Shown: positions 1-8,487 of the stretch, piece by piece
Numbering within the stretch: position 1 is the stretch's first letter
Layout: each line of letters starts with the position of its first letter
Assembly (NCBI GenBank): GCA_040882305.1
Contig: JBBEBN010000386.1
Location: 1-55,062 of the forward strand
Reading direction: 5' to 3'
Origin: Cyclobacteriaceae bacterium
GTDB lineage: Bacteria; Bacteroidota; Bacteroidia; Cytophagales; Cyclobacteriaceae
Length of the DNA: 55,062 nt
Translations under genes and position numbers: made by a program
Notes under the pieces: generated by a model
Told to the model about the DNA's origin: nothing
Database searches by the model: none
The model's input: the letters and a program-made list of their open reading frames with translations, nothing else

Positions 1-1466
1 TAGTTTGTTGCGAGGGCTGTGATTTTTTCTTCCGATGCATCCTCTGATGAAAGTTCTCCCACAAGACTGCCGGCCTTCAGTATAAGGATTCGATGACATA
101 GCGCAAGCAGTTCCGGAAGTTCGCTTGAAATGACAATTACTCCCTTGCCTTCAAGCGCAATATTTTTTAGAATATTGTATATTACCTCCCTGGAGCCTAC
201 ATCTATTCCGTGGGTCGGCTCGTCGACAATAAGAATTTCAGGGTTTGTTGCAAGCCATCTTGCCAACACTACCTTTTGTTGATTCCCCCCGCTGAGGAAC
301 GATGTTTTCTGCTCCTCACTTGTGGATGTAATCCGCAGCACTTTTATAAATTGCCTGGCAAGGTTCGCGCATTCGTTATCATTGTATATCATATTCCTTG
401 AAAGCTCAAGTTTTGCAGAAACAATATTATCCGTGATGGACATGTCAGGGAATAGCGCAAGCCTCTTTCTTTCTTCGGGTAAATACGCAATTCCTTTGCG
501 CAAAGCATCTGCCGGCTGGTTTATAATGGTTCGTTTACTGTGGATGAGGACGTCCCCGGTTTTGGACTCTATTCCGAATATTGCTTTTGCGATTTCTGTG
601 CTCCCAGCGCCAATTAAGCCTGCCAACCCCAGTATCTCGCCTTTTCTTAATTCAAAACTTATTTTGCGAAACCCCTTACCACTTAATTCCTTGCTTTCCA
701 GCAGTACTTCTTTGAGGGATCGCGGCGTCCGCTTCCCCTTCAAAAGGGTACGGCCAACCATTCTCCTTATTAATTCTTCCCTTGATATTTCGCCTCTCAG
801 AAAGGTGCCGTGATATGACCCATCCTTCAAAATAGAAACCCTGTCTGCAATTTGTTCAATCTCCTGCAATCTGTGTGAAATGTAGATGATTGAAACACCC
901 TGCTGTTTTAATTCTCTGATGATCCGGAAAAGGGTGGTGGTCTCCTTTTCTGTCAGGGATGCCGTAGGTTCGTCCAATATTAATAGCTGCGGATACCTGC
1001 TCAATGCTTTTGCGATCTCGACCATCTGTTTTTCGGCGGCGGAAAGGTTCAATAGAGGTGTCTGGGGCTTGAGTTCGATGTGCAGGCGCTGTAATAATTC
1101 CTTTGTCCGCCTGAATAGTTCTCCGTACTGTATTACTCCAAATCTATTGGTCGGATGTTGATTTGCAAAGACATTCTCGGCTACCGATAGATTTTCGGCG
1201 AGGCTAAGATGCTGGTATACAATGGAGATGCCGTGTGCAAAGGCCTGCTGCGGATTTAACAAAATTATCTTTTCATTATTCAATGTTATTGAGCCTTGAT
1301 CGGGCTGAAGGTTACCCGAAAGGATATTCATTAACGTGCTTTTCCCGGCCCCGTTTTCCCCGCATAAAGCATGTACTTCACCATCGCTCACGTCAAACGA
1401 AATATGTTGAAGTGCCTTTACACCGGGGAATGATTTGCTGATATCATTTATTGTCAAACGGCTCAT
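1..1466 (-). CDS. Sugar ABC transporter ATP-binding protein (RbsA/MglA-like, two NBDs); last base of the stop codon lies outside the window
   Basis: Not in the ORF track; hand-translated. ATG at 1466 overlaps the upstream stop (ATGA). MSRLTINDISKSFPGVKALQHISFDVSDGEVHALCGENGAGKSTLMNILSG (Walker A), LLILDEPTASL, second NBD ILIVDEPTHGIDVG...VISSELPELL, ending EEKITALATN-TA. Confidence 0.93.
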   Translation of the reverse strand, partial: MSRLTINDISKSFPGVKALQHISFDVSDGEVHALCGENGAGKSTLMNILSGNLQPDQGSITLNNEKIILLNPQQAFAHGISIVYQHLSLAENLSVAENVFANQHPTNRFGVIQYGELFRRTKELLQRLHIELKPQTPLLNLSAAEKQMVEIAKALSRYPQLLILDEPTASLTEKETTTLFRIIRELKQQGVSIIYISHRLQEIEQIADRVSILKDGSYHGTFLRGEISREELIRRMVGRTLLKGKRTPRSLKEVLLESKELSGKGFRKISFELRKGEILGLAGLIGAGSTEIAKAIFGIESKTGDVLIHSKRTIINQPADALRKGIAYLPEERKRLALFPDMSITDNIVSAKLELSRNMIYNDNECANLARQFIKVLRITSTSEEQKTSFLSGGNQQKVVLARWLATNPEILIVDEPTHGIDVGSREVIYNILKNIALEGKGVIVISSELPELLALCHRILILKAGSLVGELSSEDASEEKITALATN

Positions 1467-2494
1467 AAAAAAGCATTCATGGTTATCGCCTGATTGGTTT
1501 TGGCCGAAGCATATGCGCCATGCACCAGCCGAACCGTTTCAAAATTGTCTTTTCCTGTGGTCTCGGCTTCTGCTTTTCCCTGAAGGGCTTCGAGAAGATT
1601 TTTGTTGCAATCGAGAATACTTGAGTGGACCAGCGCATAGGCCGGGTCGGCCCAGTGGTATGGTTTCGGCTCTGCGCGATGGGTTAATGTCCCTTTTCTG
1701 GTTGTAACTTTTATGGCGTAATCCCTGGCCAGTTCAATTGACCCCTCCTCTCCTTCAATAGTTATCAGGGTTTGCGGGAATATTTCACGTTCAAGGATGG
1801 AGGCATAGGACATTTCCGCAAAACAGGAAATTCCGTTTTCCATTTTCATGAGAACATTGGCAACATCCTCGCCTTTGATTTTGGGATTGACAGAAGCGGT
1901 TTGACAATACACGGACTCCGCCTCACCAAATAGAAACCGGCAAACGTCGAGGATGTGAGAACCGATGTCGGTTAAGATGAACTCATCCAGTTTAGCCAGG
2001 AATGGTTGATTATCGAAAACGGGAAATGCCGAACAGAAGCAAACTCTGCCCTTGAATATTTTCCCTATCGCCTGGCTCTTAAGGATCTCTTTCAACTTGC
2101 GAATAGGCGATTGCCATCGCCAGTTCTCGTGAATGTAAAAAGGCACCTTATGCTTTTGGCAAACCTCGACCATGCTTCTGGCAATATTTAGTTCAGGAGC
2201 CATTGGCTTTTGGCAAATTACGCCAATGCCATGTTGAGCAGCTGCGATTGTAAATTCGGCATGCGTGTCCACATCCGTAATGATATCAACGAAATCCAGC
2301 CTTTCATTTTTGAAAAGGTCTTTCACATTGTCATAAACGCCGGGTACGTTGTATTGATGTGCTATCGCCTCGGCTCGCGACTTTGTTCGGTTATACAGTG
2401 CTACCAGTTCAATCCCTTCGAGTTCCATCCATGCCGGTATCTGGTATTTTGCCCAAAAGCCCGTACCGATAACTGCAAATCGAAGTGTCTTCAT
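1463..2494 (-). CDS. Gfo/Idh/MocA family oxidoreductase, probable D-apiose dehydrogenase (ApsD-like)
   Basis: Rossmann motif FAVIGTGFW, ICQKPMA and HENWRWQ motifs. Start is probably MKTLRF (ATG 2494) rather than 2521. Substrate inferred from the adjacent apnO. Confidence 0.8.
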   Translation of the reverse strand: MKTLRFAVIGTGFWAKYQIPAWMELEGIELVALYNRTKSRAEAIAHQYNVPGVYDNVKDLFKNERLDFVDIITDVDTHAEFTIAAAQHGIGVICQKPMAPELNIARSMVEVCQKHKVPFYIHENWRWQSPIRKLKEILKSQAIGKIFKGRVCFCSAFPVFDNQPFLAKLDEFILTDIGSHILDVCRFLFGEAESVYCQTASVNPKIKGEDVANVLMKMENGISCFAEMSYASILEREIFPQTLITIEGEEGSIELARDYAIKVTTRKGTLTHRAEPKPYHWADPAYALVHSSILDCNKNLLEALQGKAEAETTGKDNFETVRLVHGAYASAKTNQAITMNAFL

Positions 2495-2535
2495 TGGGTG
2501 TTGTCTAGTTCCCTTATTCAAGGATAAAAGGACGC

Positions 2536-3372
2536 TTACCGTTTTGTGATGTCTTTTACCTGTTCCCTTATGTCATTCATTTCAAAAATTTTCTTCCAGT
2601 TTTCCTTGAAAAGGATTGGCTTGGCTCTCTTGCTGATCTTATAGGCGGCATCGGAAAATGTTCCATTTACTTCTTTAAACAGAACCGCAATCTGGATGCG
2701 TAGATGACCCAGCACAAAATCCCGGGCTGCTGCCTGAGGAACGCCAAGTTCAACTATTTTGTCATATCCCTCCCTGACAACTTCCATGCAGGTTTGTGCA
2801 AGTGTTTCCACCATCGCGGGTTCAAGCATGGCCATTTGCTCGAGTGTGATTCTATGAACGTGGTGGATAGGTTGATACATATCTTTGGCAACCCTTTCGC
2901 CGAGGGAATAGTGTTTTTCCGTTCCTGACATAAGGGCCACCACAATGGATTGCTTGGCGGAAATACCTCCGTAAAAATCACGGAAAGCCTGTTCTGTTGG
3001 TTCCCAGTTAAAGATTGACGGATGACATGGATGGGCAATCACATACCCGAGGTCCCCGCGGTTATGAATGACACCGTCCAGTGGAGCCGCCGGGTCAAGA
3101 GTCAGCACTACTGCGTCACGCTTCATCATGGGAATGATTTCCGAACTGATCTGGCCAATAGCAACGTCGGGTACGGCAAGGATGACAAGGTCCGCGTTGG
3201 GTATTGCTTTGTCCTGGCTTGAGAGACTGACGCCTTTGTCTTTTAGTATTTTTATACAAGGTTCGCTGATCTCAAGATAGGAAACGTCATACATAGGGAA
3301 TTTTATGAAATTATCCGTGAGGCGGCATCCCATTTTTCCACCGGCTCCCACTAAAGCTATTTTTACTGTCAT
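2536..3372 (-). CDS. apnO: D-apionate oxidoisomerase (PGDH_C-domain NAD-dependent enzyme)
   Basis: KIALVGAGGKMGCRLTDN, LAVPD, LDPAAP, AHPCHPSIF, LEPAMVET, AARDFVLGHL and FSDAA motifs typical of the ApnO family; 278 aa. Confidence 0.8.
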   Translation of the reverse strand: MTVKIALVGAGGKMGCRLTDNFIKFPMYDVSYLEISEPCIKILKDKGVSLSSQDKAIPNADLVILAVPDVAIGQISSEIIPMMKRDAVVLTLDPAAPLDGVIHNRGDLGYVIAHPCHPSIFNWEPTEQAFRDFYGGISAKQSIVVALMSGTEKHYSLGERVAKDMYQPIHHVHRITLEQMAMLEPAMVETLAQTCMEVVREGYDKIVELGVPQAAARDFVLGHLRIQIAVLFKEVNGTFSDAAYKISKRAKPILFKENWKKIFEMNDIREQVKDITKR

Positions 3373-3391
3373 ACTGAATTTGGTTTATGGT

Positions 3392-4207
3392 TTAATAAAG
3401 CTGAGGTATCGCTTTTAGGTACCTGATACCTTCGTCGGCCCACTTTTTTTCTTTTTGAATGGTTAATGGAAGGGTTTCTTCCGGTTCCACCCATTGTTCG
3501 AGCACTGCACTTTCACATCGCCTGTAGCGGAAAAGCGTTTCAAATAACAACGGGAAATTGATCATTCCCTTTCCTGTTTGCGCACCCGTTACTGTAAATC
3601 CCATCCTGTGCTGTAGCCGTTCTATCTTAAAATCCTTAATGTGAAGATTTATTGTAAATGGTGCAAGCGTTTTCAAAACATGTTCGAAGCCTTCTCCCGC
3701 ACCCAGCGAGTTGACGCAATCGAGACAAATGCCCACGTGTGGACTGTTGATATTTTGTATAATCGTCGCCAGCTCCAGGGCATTAAGGCGATCGTGATTT
3801 TCAATTCCCAGCCTGATATTTTTTTTGGTCAGCCCTGGCAGGCTACCTTTAATAATTCCCGTAATCAGATCTGGCGACGGTTTGTATGCTTCCTCATCTG
3901 TTACAAACCGGATCAAAGGTGAATTAAGGCATTCGGCGAATTCAATATAAACCTTAAGCCGCTCGGGTGTTAATCCGCGCGCGCCAATTTCTAAACGGAT
4001 GTTCTTTTCCCCTATCAGCTTTCCTAATGCGTTCAGCCGGATTGTCGTGAAATCATGTAAGGGTAGATTATCTCCTATTTGGAGGGTGTGAAGTCCGAAC
4101 TCAAGGGTCAGCTGCACCAGGTCTACTTCTGACATGGGTGCGGCAGGGGAACTGCCTGGAACGCCAATGGCCCACCCGTAGGTAAAACTGCTGATCCCGA
4201 GTTCCAT
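3392..4207 (-). CDS. Xylose-isomerase-like TIM-barrel protein, probable 3-oxo-isoapionate decarboxylase (OiaC-like)
   Basis: AP_endonuc_2-type metal ligands GIENHD, CLDCVNSLG, LHIKDF, VLEQW; directly upstream of apnO. Confidence 0.7.
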   Translation of the reverse strand: MELGISSFTYGWAIGVPGSSPAAPMSEVDLVQLTLEFGLHTLQIGDNLPLHDFTTIRLNALGKLIGEKNIRLEIGARGLTPERLKVYIEFAECLNSPLIRFVTDEEAYKPSPDLITGIIKGSLPGLTKKNIRLGIENHDRLNALELATIIQNINSPHVGICLDCVNSLGAGEGFEHVLKTLAPFTINLHIKDFKIERLQHRMGFTVTGAQTGKGMINFPLLFETLFRYRRCESAVLEQWVEPEETLPLTIQKEKKWADEGIRYLKAIPQLY

Positions 4208-4384
4208 TTCATTAAATGATTTTAATCCGAAACTGCAAGCGATGTAATGGATGATCTCTAAATTAAGTCAACGAAGCTTAAAATCTGCCTTAATCAAACT
4301 TTTTTTCAGATTAATCTTTAATGTAGTAGCCTTAAACGATTGGATATTATAGAAAAATCAACTTACTTCGGTAAACCTCATTTT

Positions 4385-4996
4385 ATGAATTTCAGGGAAG
4401 TTCAGATGTTTGTGCTTGACCTGCTGGACAAAGAGCTTCCTGCGAATCTGTCCTACCACGGCGTTCATCATACCCTGGATGTTTGTAATGCAATTGAAGA
4501 ACTAAGCAAGGGAGAAGAAGTTTCCGATTCTCAACTGGAATTACTTCGCATCGCCGCCCTGATGCACGACATTGGATTCATCGAACAATATCTCTATAAT
4601 GAGCCCATTGCCGTCAGATACGCGCACAAAATACTACCGGGATATGGATATTCCCGGATGCAAATCAAAACCATCGGCGACATCATCATGTCAACACAGA
4701 TTCCCCAGAGTCCAAAGAATCATGTTGAACGGATCATGTGTGATGCGGATCTCGATTACCTGGGCCGCCCGGACTTCTTCGCTGTTTCGGAAAACTTGAA
4801 AAAAGAGTGGTTTGCTTATCAGGTTGTCAGCTCAGAAGAAGAATATAACAGGAAGCAGATCAGCTTTTTTGAACAGCATAAATACTTCACAAGGAGCGCG
4901 CACGAAAAACGCGACCCTCAAAAACAATTGCATTTGTCGAAATTAAAGTCGTCATGGAATGGATATATTGTGGAAGTTTCCAACTCGGATCTATAG
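4385..4996 (+). CDS. HD-domain metal-dependent phosphohydrolase (putative cyclic-nucleotide phosphodiesterase)
   Basis: YHGVHHTLDV...AALMHDIGF...IMCDADLDYLG. Likely start ATG 4385 (MNFREV). Its 3' end overlaps the next gene's start. Confidence 0.85.
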   Translation: MNFREVQMFVLDLLDKELPANLSYHGVHHTLDVCNAIEELSKGEEVSDSQLELLRIAALMHDIGFIEQYLYNEPIAVRYAHKILPGYGYSRMQIKTIGDIIMSTQIPQSPKNHVERIMCDADLDYLGRPDFFAVSENLKKEWFAYQVVSSEEEYNRKQISFFEQHKYFTRSAHEKRDPQKQLHLSKLKSSWNGYIVEVSNSDL

Positions 4997-7900
4997 TCTT
5001 TTTGATCTCCGGAAAGGTGAAGAAAGGAATGTAATATTAATTTTAATCTTTTCGTTCTTTCAGTTCTTTTCCGTAGCGCTGTTTTTTATAACGGCGAATG
5101 CGATCTTCCTCTCCAATCACTCCATTGGTGAATTACCTTATGTTTTTATTGCGACCGGAATTGTCCTTTTTGCTTTAAGCTTCATCACGAGGCATGTGGA
5201 GAAGATTTTTTCACAAAGGCAGGTGATCCTGGGAGAAGCATTCCTGTTGTTGGCGATCGTCTTGCTGTTGCGCTTCGGATTTATATCAAATGAAGTGAGT
5301 TGGCTGGGTTACGCGCTCGTTGTCTCCCACAGGGTGATGGCCGACTTTGTCAGTGACGGGTTCAACAAACTCGCCTTGTTGCTATTTGACGTCAGACAAG
5401 GCAAGCGGCTATTCGGGCTGATCAGTTCTTCGGAGATCCCCGCGAATATTTTTGGTTACCTGGCTGCTTCCAGCCTGGTGCCCTTTATAGGAACGGCCAA
5501 CTTGCTGTACATTTCCGGCGCTGGTTTATTGATTGCGCTACTTTTTCTTTTCGTCATCGTGAATGTGAACAAGACAATGGATCACAAGGAAGGACACGAT
5601 GAGACGGAGAGGAGGTCTGACGAGGCCGAAAACGCATTTGTTACCCGCTTGTTTAAGTCGAGGTTTATGTTTACGCTATCTGTAACCGTCTTTCTCTCGG
5701 TAACGGCATTTTGTATTATTGAATTCACCTTCCTCAGCCATGTAGACGCCCGCCATAAAGATCAGATTGAAATAGTCAGGTTTATCGCCATTATTTTAGG
5801 TATCGGGCAGTTGGTGGCGTTTTTCATCAAAACCTTTCTCTACAGCTCGATCCAGAGGAAGTTTGGTGTTAGAATCACTTTGTTTGTATTGCCCTTTGTG
5901 CTCGGCCTGATCAGTTTATCCGCGCTGATCGAGGGTTTATTATCGGAGTCCGCTTCGCTGTTGGTGTGGACATGGGTCGTTATGATGCTGGCAAACGAGA
6001 CATTGCGGTCGTCGCTATACAATACAAGTTTTCTTTCCCTACTTCAACCCCTGGCGCGCAAGGAAAAAATGCAGGGGCAGAACGCGTTGGCAAATACTGA
6101 AACGTCCGCTATTCTTTTCAGTGGTGTGTTGCTTTTGGTCACTTACACTGAAAGTGGCAGTATAGATCAGTACGCAATTATTCTTTTGGCACTGGTAGCG
6201 ATATGGGTGTTTTTCATCCCAAAAATTAATAAGCAATATCTTGGCACGTTGGAGGAGATGCTGAAAAGACGCTTTGTCGAGGGAGGAGCGGTCGAAGTTA
6301 ATGATCCGCAAGCACTGAGTATTCTTCATAAAAAGCTCCAGAGCCAGCATCCAGGTGAAGTGTTGTATGCGGCGGATTTGTTATGCAAAGACGAAGACCA
6401 GGAAAGCATCCGTATTCTTGAGCAGCTGTTAGCCCATCCGTTACCAGAGGTAAGGAGGGAGATCTATTCCCGTATTGAGATGGAGAAGGCCTTACCCTTG
6501 CAACATGAGGTTAAGACCAGAATAACAGCGGAACCGCTTTCCGATATAAAGAAGCTAGCCATTCAGACCTACTGTTTTTTGGGCGAAGAAAGCGCCGTGG
6601 ATGAAATCAGCAATTTGATCGATTCAGACGATGAGGAAATCCAGGCAGGCGCATTGGTTGGCTTAATTCGATACGGGGGAATTAACGGGATCATCCTTGC
6701 AGGGCAAAGGCTTATGGAGTGCATTCATTCCCCTGATCCAAAAAAACGCGCTTTCGGTGCATTGGTGATTGGAGAGGTTGGGATCCATAATTTTTATCAC
6801 CCCTTATTGAAACTTGTCAACGATGATGTGCTGGTCGTGCGGAGTGAGGCCATAAAAGCAGCCGGCAAGATAAAACACCAAAGGTTAATTGAATGTATGA
6901 TCCGTGCGCTTTTTGCCCCGCAGATCTTTCAGGTTGCCATCAATTCATTGATAAAAACAGGTGAAGATGTTATCGATGTTCTTGAACCGGAATTTTGGGC
7001 CCGGGAACGAAATCCAATGTATCAGCGACGGATCATATTCGTTTGCGGAAGGATTGGTGGACAAAAATCAATCGATTTCCTTAAAGACAAACTTTATTAT
7101 TATCAGACTGAAGTAAGGAACGAAATCCTTTACAGCTGCGCCAAATGCCGCTATAAGCCAACGCAGCACGAAAAAAAAGGAATTGTCAAGGTTATTCATG
7201 CCGAGCTGGCGGATGCTGCCTGGTTTTTGAACAGCATTGAAGTGCTTTCTGTCACCAGCAGGCTACTGGAGAAGTCGGATATTGAACTTTTAATTCGCGC
7301 ACTCTGGATTGAAATATTTTATGTAAAAAAACGACTTCTTTACCTGCTTTCCTTTCTTTACGAAACTTATGACATCATTAATGTGTGGGAGAGTCTTCAG
7401 GTGAAGGACAGGGCAAAGATTGCAAATGCCCTGGAAATTATTGATGTGGTCGCTCAAAAGGAACTGTCCTCCCTTATTTTGCCGCTACTCGAAGATTTCC
7501 CTGTTTCGCAACAACTAAAAATCTTAAATCCGCGGTATAAAGTCCGCAGGATGAATACGGACGAATATCTTCTCGCCCTTATATCAGGGAACGACTGCCC
7601 ATCTGTTATTGCCTGGACCCAAGCCGTCGCCGCCTATTGCGTAAGACAAGTCAAGGTGAAGTCTTTACTGGATGAATTGGAGTTCGCAAAGACGGGCAAA
7701 AACATATTGCTGGCGGAAACTGCAGGGTTTTTACTGGCGGAAATTGAATCAGATCGCGAAAGTGCTGACGATAACACAGCCTATATAAATAACGGAAATA
7801 CAATGACAATGCTTATGGAATCCAAACTGCTCACTATTGAAAAGGTCATGGCTTTAAAGACAACGGAGATTTTCCGTGAAACTGCCGAAGACCTCCTTGT

Positions 7901-8285
7901 CGATGTGGCGCATATTCTGAAAGAAGCCTCATATCGAAAGAACGAGGTGATCGTACACAAAAATGAGGTGGGAACTTGCATGTTCATTATCTATTCAGGG
8001 TCGGTAAAAGTCCATGATGGCGACCTGACTTTTGCCATTTTGAAATCCCGCGACTTTTTTGGCGAGTTGTCGTTGCTGGACACTGAACCCAGATCCGCAT
8101 CCGTTACGGCGCTTGAAGACAGTCTGCTTCTTCGCATCGATCAGCAGGCCTTTTATGAAATAATGGCGGACAGGAGCGAAGTTATCAGGGAAATCATGAA
8201 GATCCTCTGCCGCAGATTGCGCAAACAAAATCAGGAAGTGGCAAAACTGAATGCACTGCTGGATGCTCAGGGAAAACCGGCGTAA
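4959..8285 (+). CDS. Npt1/Npt2 (TLC ATP/ADP translocase-like) MFS transporter fused to HEAT repeats and a C-terminal cyclic-nucleotide-binding domain
   Basis: About 12 hydrophobic segments with LFDVRQGKRLFGLI, then HEAT-like repeats (HPLPEVRRE, DDVLVVRSEAIKAAGKI), then a CNBD with phosphate-binding cassette FFGELSLLDTEPRSASV. Confidence 0.85.
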   Translation: MDILWKFPTRIYSLFDLRKGEERNVILILIFSFFQFFSVALFFITANAIFLSNHSIGELPYVFIATGIVLFALSFITRHVEKIFSQRQVILGEAFLLLAIVLLLRFGFISNEVSWLGYALVVSHRVMADFVSDGFNKLALLLFDVRQGKRLFGLISSSEIPANIFGYLAASSLVPFIGTANLLYISGAGLLIALLFLFVIVNVNKTMDHKEGHDETERRSDEAENAFVTRLFKSRFMFTLSVTVFLSVTAFCIIEFTFLSHVDARHKDQIEIVRFIAIILGIGQLVAFFIKTFLYSSIQRKFGVRITLFVLPFVLGLISLSALIEGLLSESASLLVWTWVVMMLANETLRSSLYNTSFLSLLQPLARKEKMQGQNALANTETSAILFSGVLLLVTYTESGSIDQYAIILLALVAIWVFFIPKINKQYLGTLEEMLKRRFVEGGAVEVNDPQALSILHKKLQSQHPGEVLYAADLLCKDEDQESIRILEQLLAHPLPEVRREIYSRIEMEKALPLQHEVKTRITAEPLSDIKKLAIQTYCFLGEESAVDEISNLIDSDDEEIQAGALVGLIRYGGINGIILAGQRLMECIHSPDPKKRAFGALVIGEVGIHNFYHPLLKLVNDDVLVVRSEAIKAAGKIKHQRLIECMIRALFAPQIFQVAINSLIKTGEDVIDVLEPEFWARERNPMYQRRIIFVCGRIGGQKSIDFLKDKLYYYQTEVRNEILYSCAKCRYKPTQHEKKGIVKVIHAELADAAWFLNSIEVLSVTSRLLEKSDIELLIRALWIEIFYVKKRLLYLLSFLYETYDIINVWESLQVKDRAKIANALEIIDVVAQKELSSLILPLLEDFPVSQQLKILNPRYKVRRMNTDEYLLALISGNDCPSVIAWTQAVAAYCVRQVKVKSLLDELEFAKTGKNILLAETAGFLLAEIESDRESADDNTAYINNGNTMTMLMESKLLTIEKVMALKTTEIFRETAEDLLVDVAHILKEASYRKNEVIVHKNEVGTCMFIIYSGSVKVHDGDLTFAILKSRDFFGELSLLDTEPRSASVTALEDSLLLRIDQQAFYEIMADRSEVIREIMKILCRRLRKQNQEVAKLNALLDAQGKPA

Positions 8286-8487
8286 TCCCATTTTTGTAAA
8301 AAGTCCTTTTTTTGGAATCATTCATGCAAGAAAACCTTTCATTAAGGTTGGAAAGCGGGCATGTTTTACTTACAAACCGGCTTACTTTGGTAAATATTCT
8401 TGCATATGTAAGGTTACCCTCAGGATCTTTCTAATATATACCCCTGGTTTTCAGACACTTCGAACCCCCGCTTTTAAACCTACACCT

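Noticed and set aside
210-1707. Several plus-strand ORFs of 63-163 aa
   Set aside because: Antisense shadows of the ABC ATPase and dehydrogenase genes; the real ATPase ORF was omitted from the track only because its stop is cut by the window edge.
8251-8487. 79-aa N-terminal extension of the protease ORF
   Set aside because: Overlaps the previous gene and promoter-like DNA; the signal peptide only makes sense from ATG 8488.
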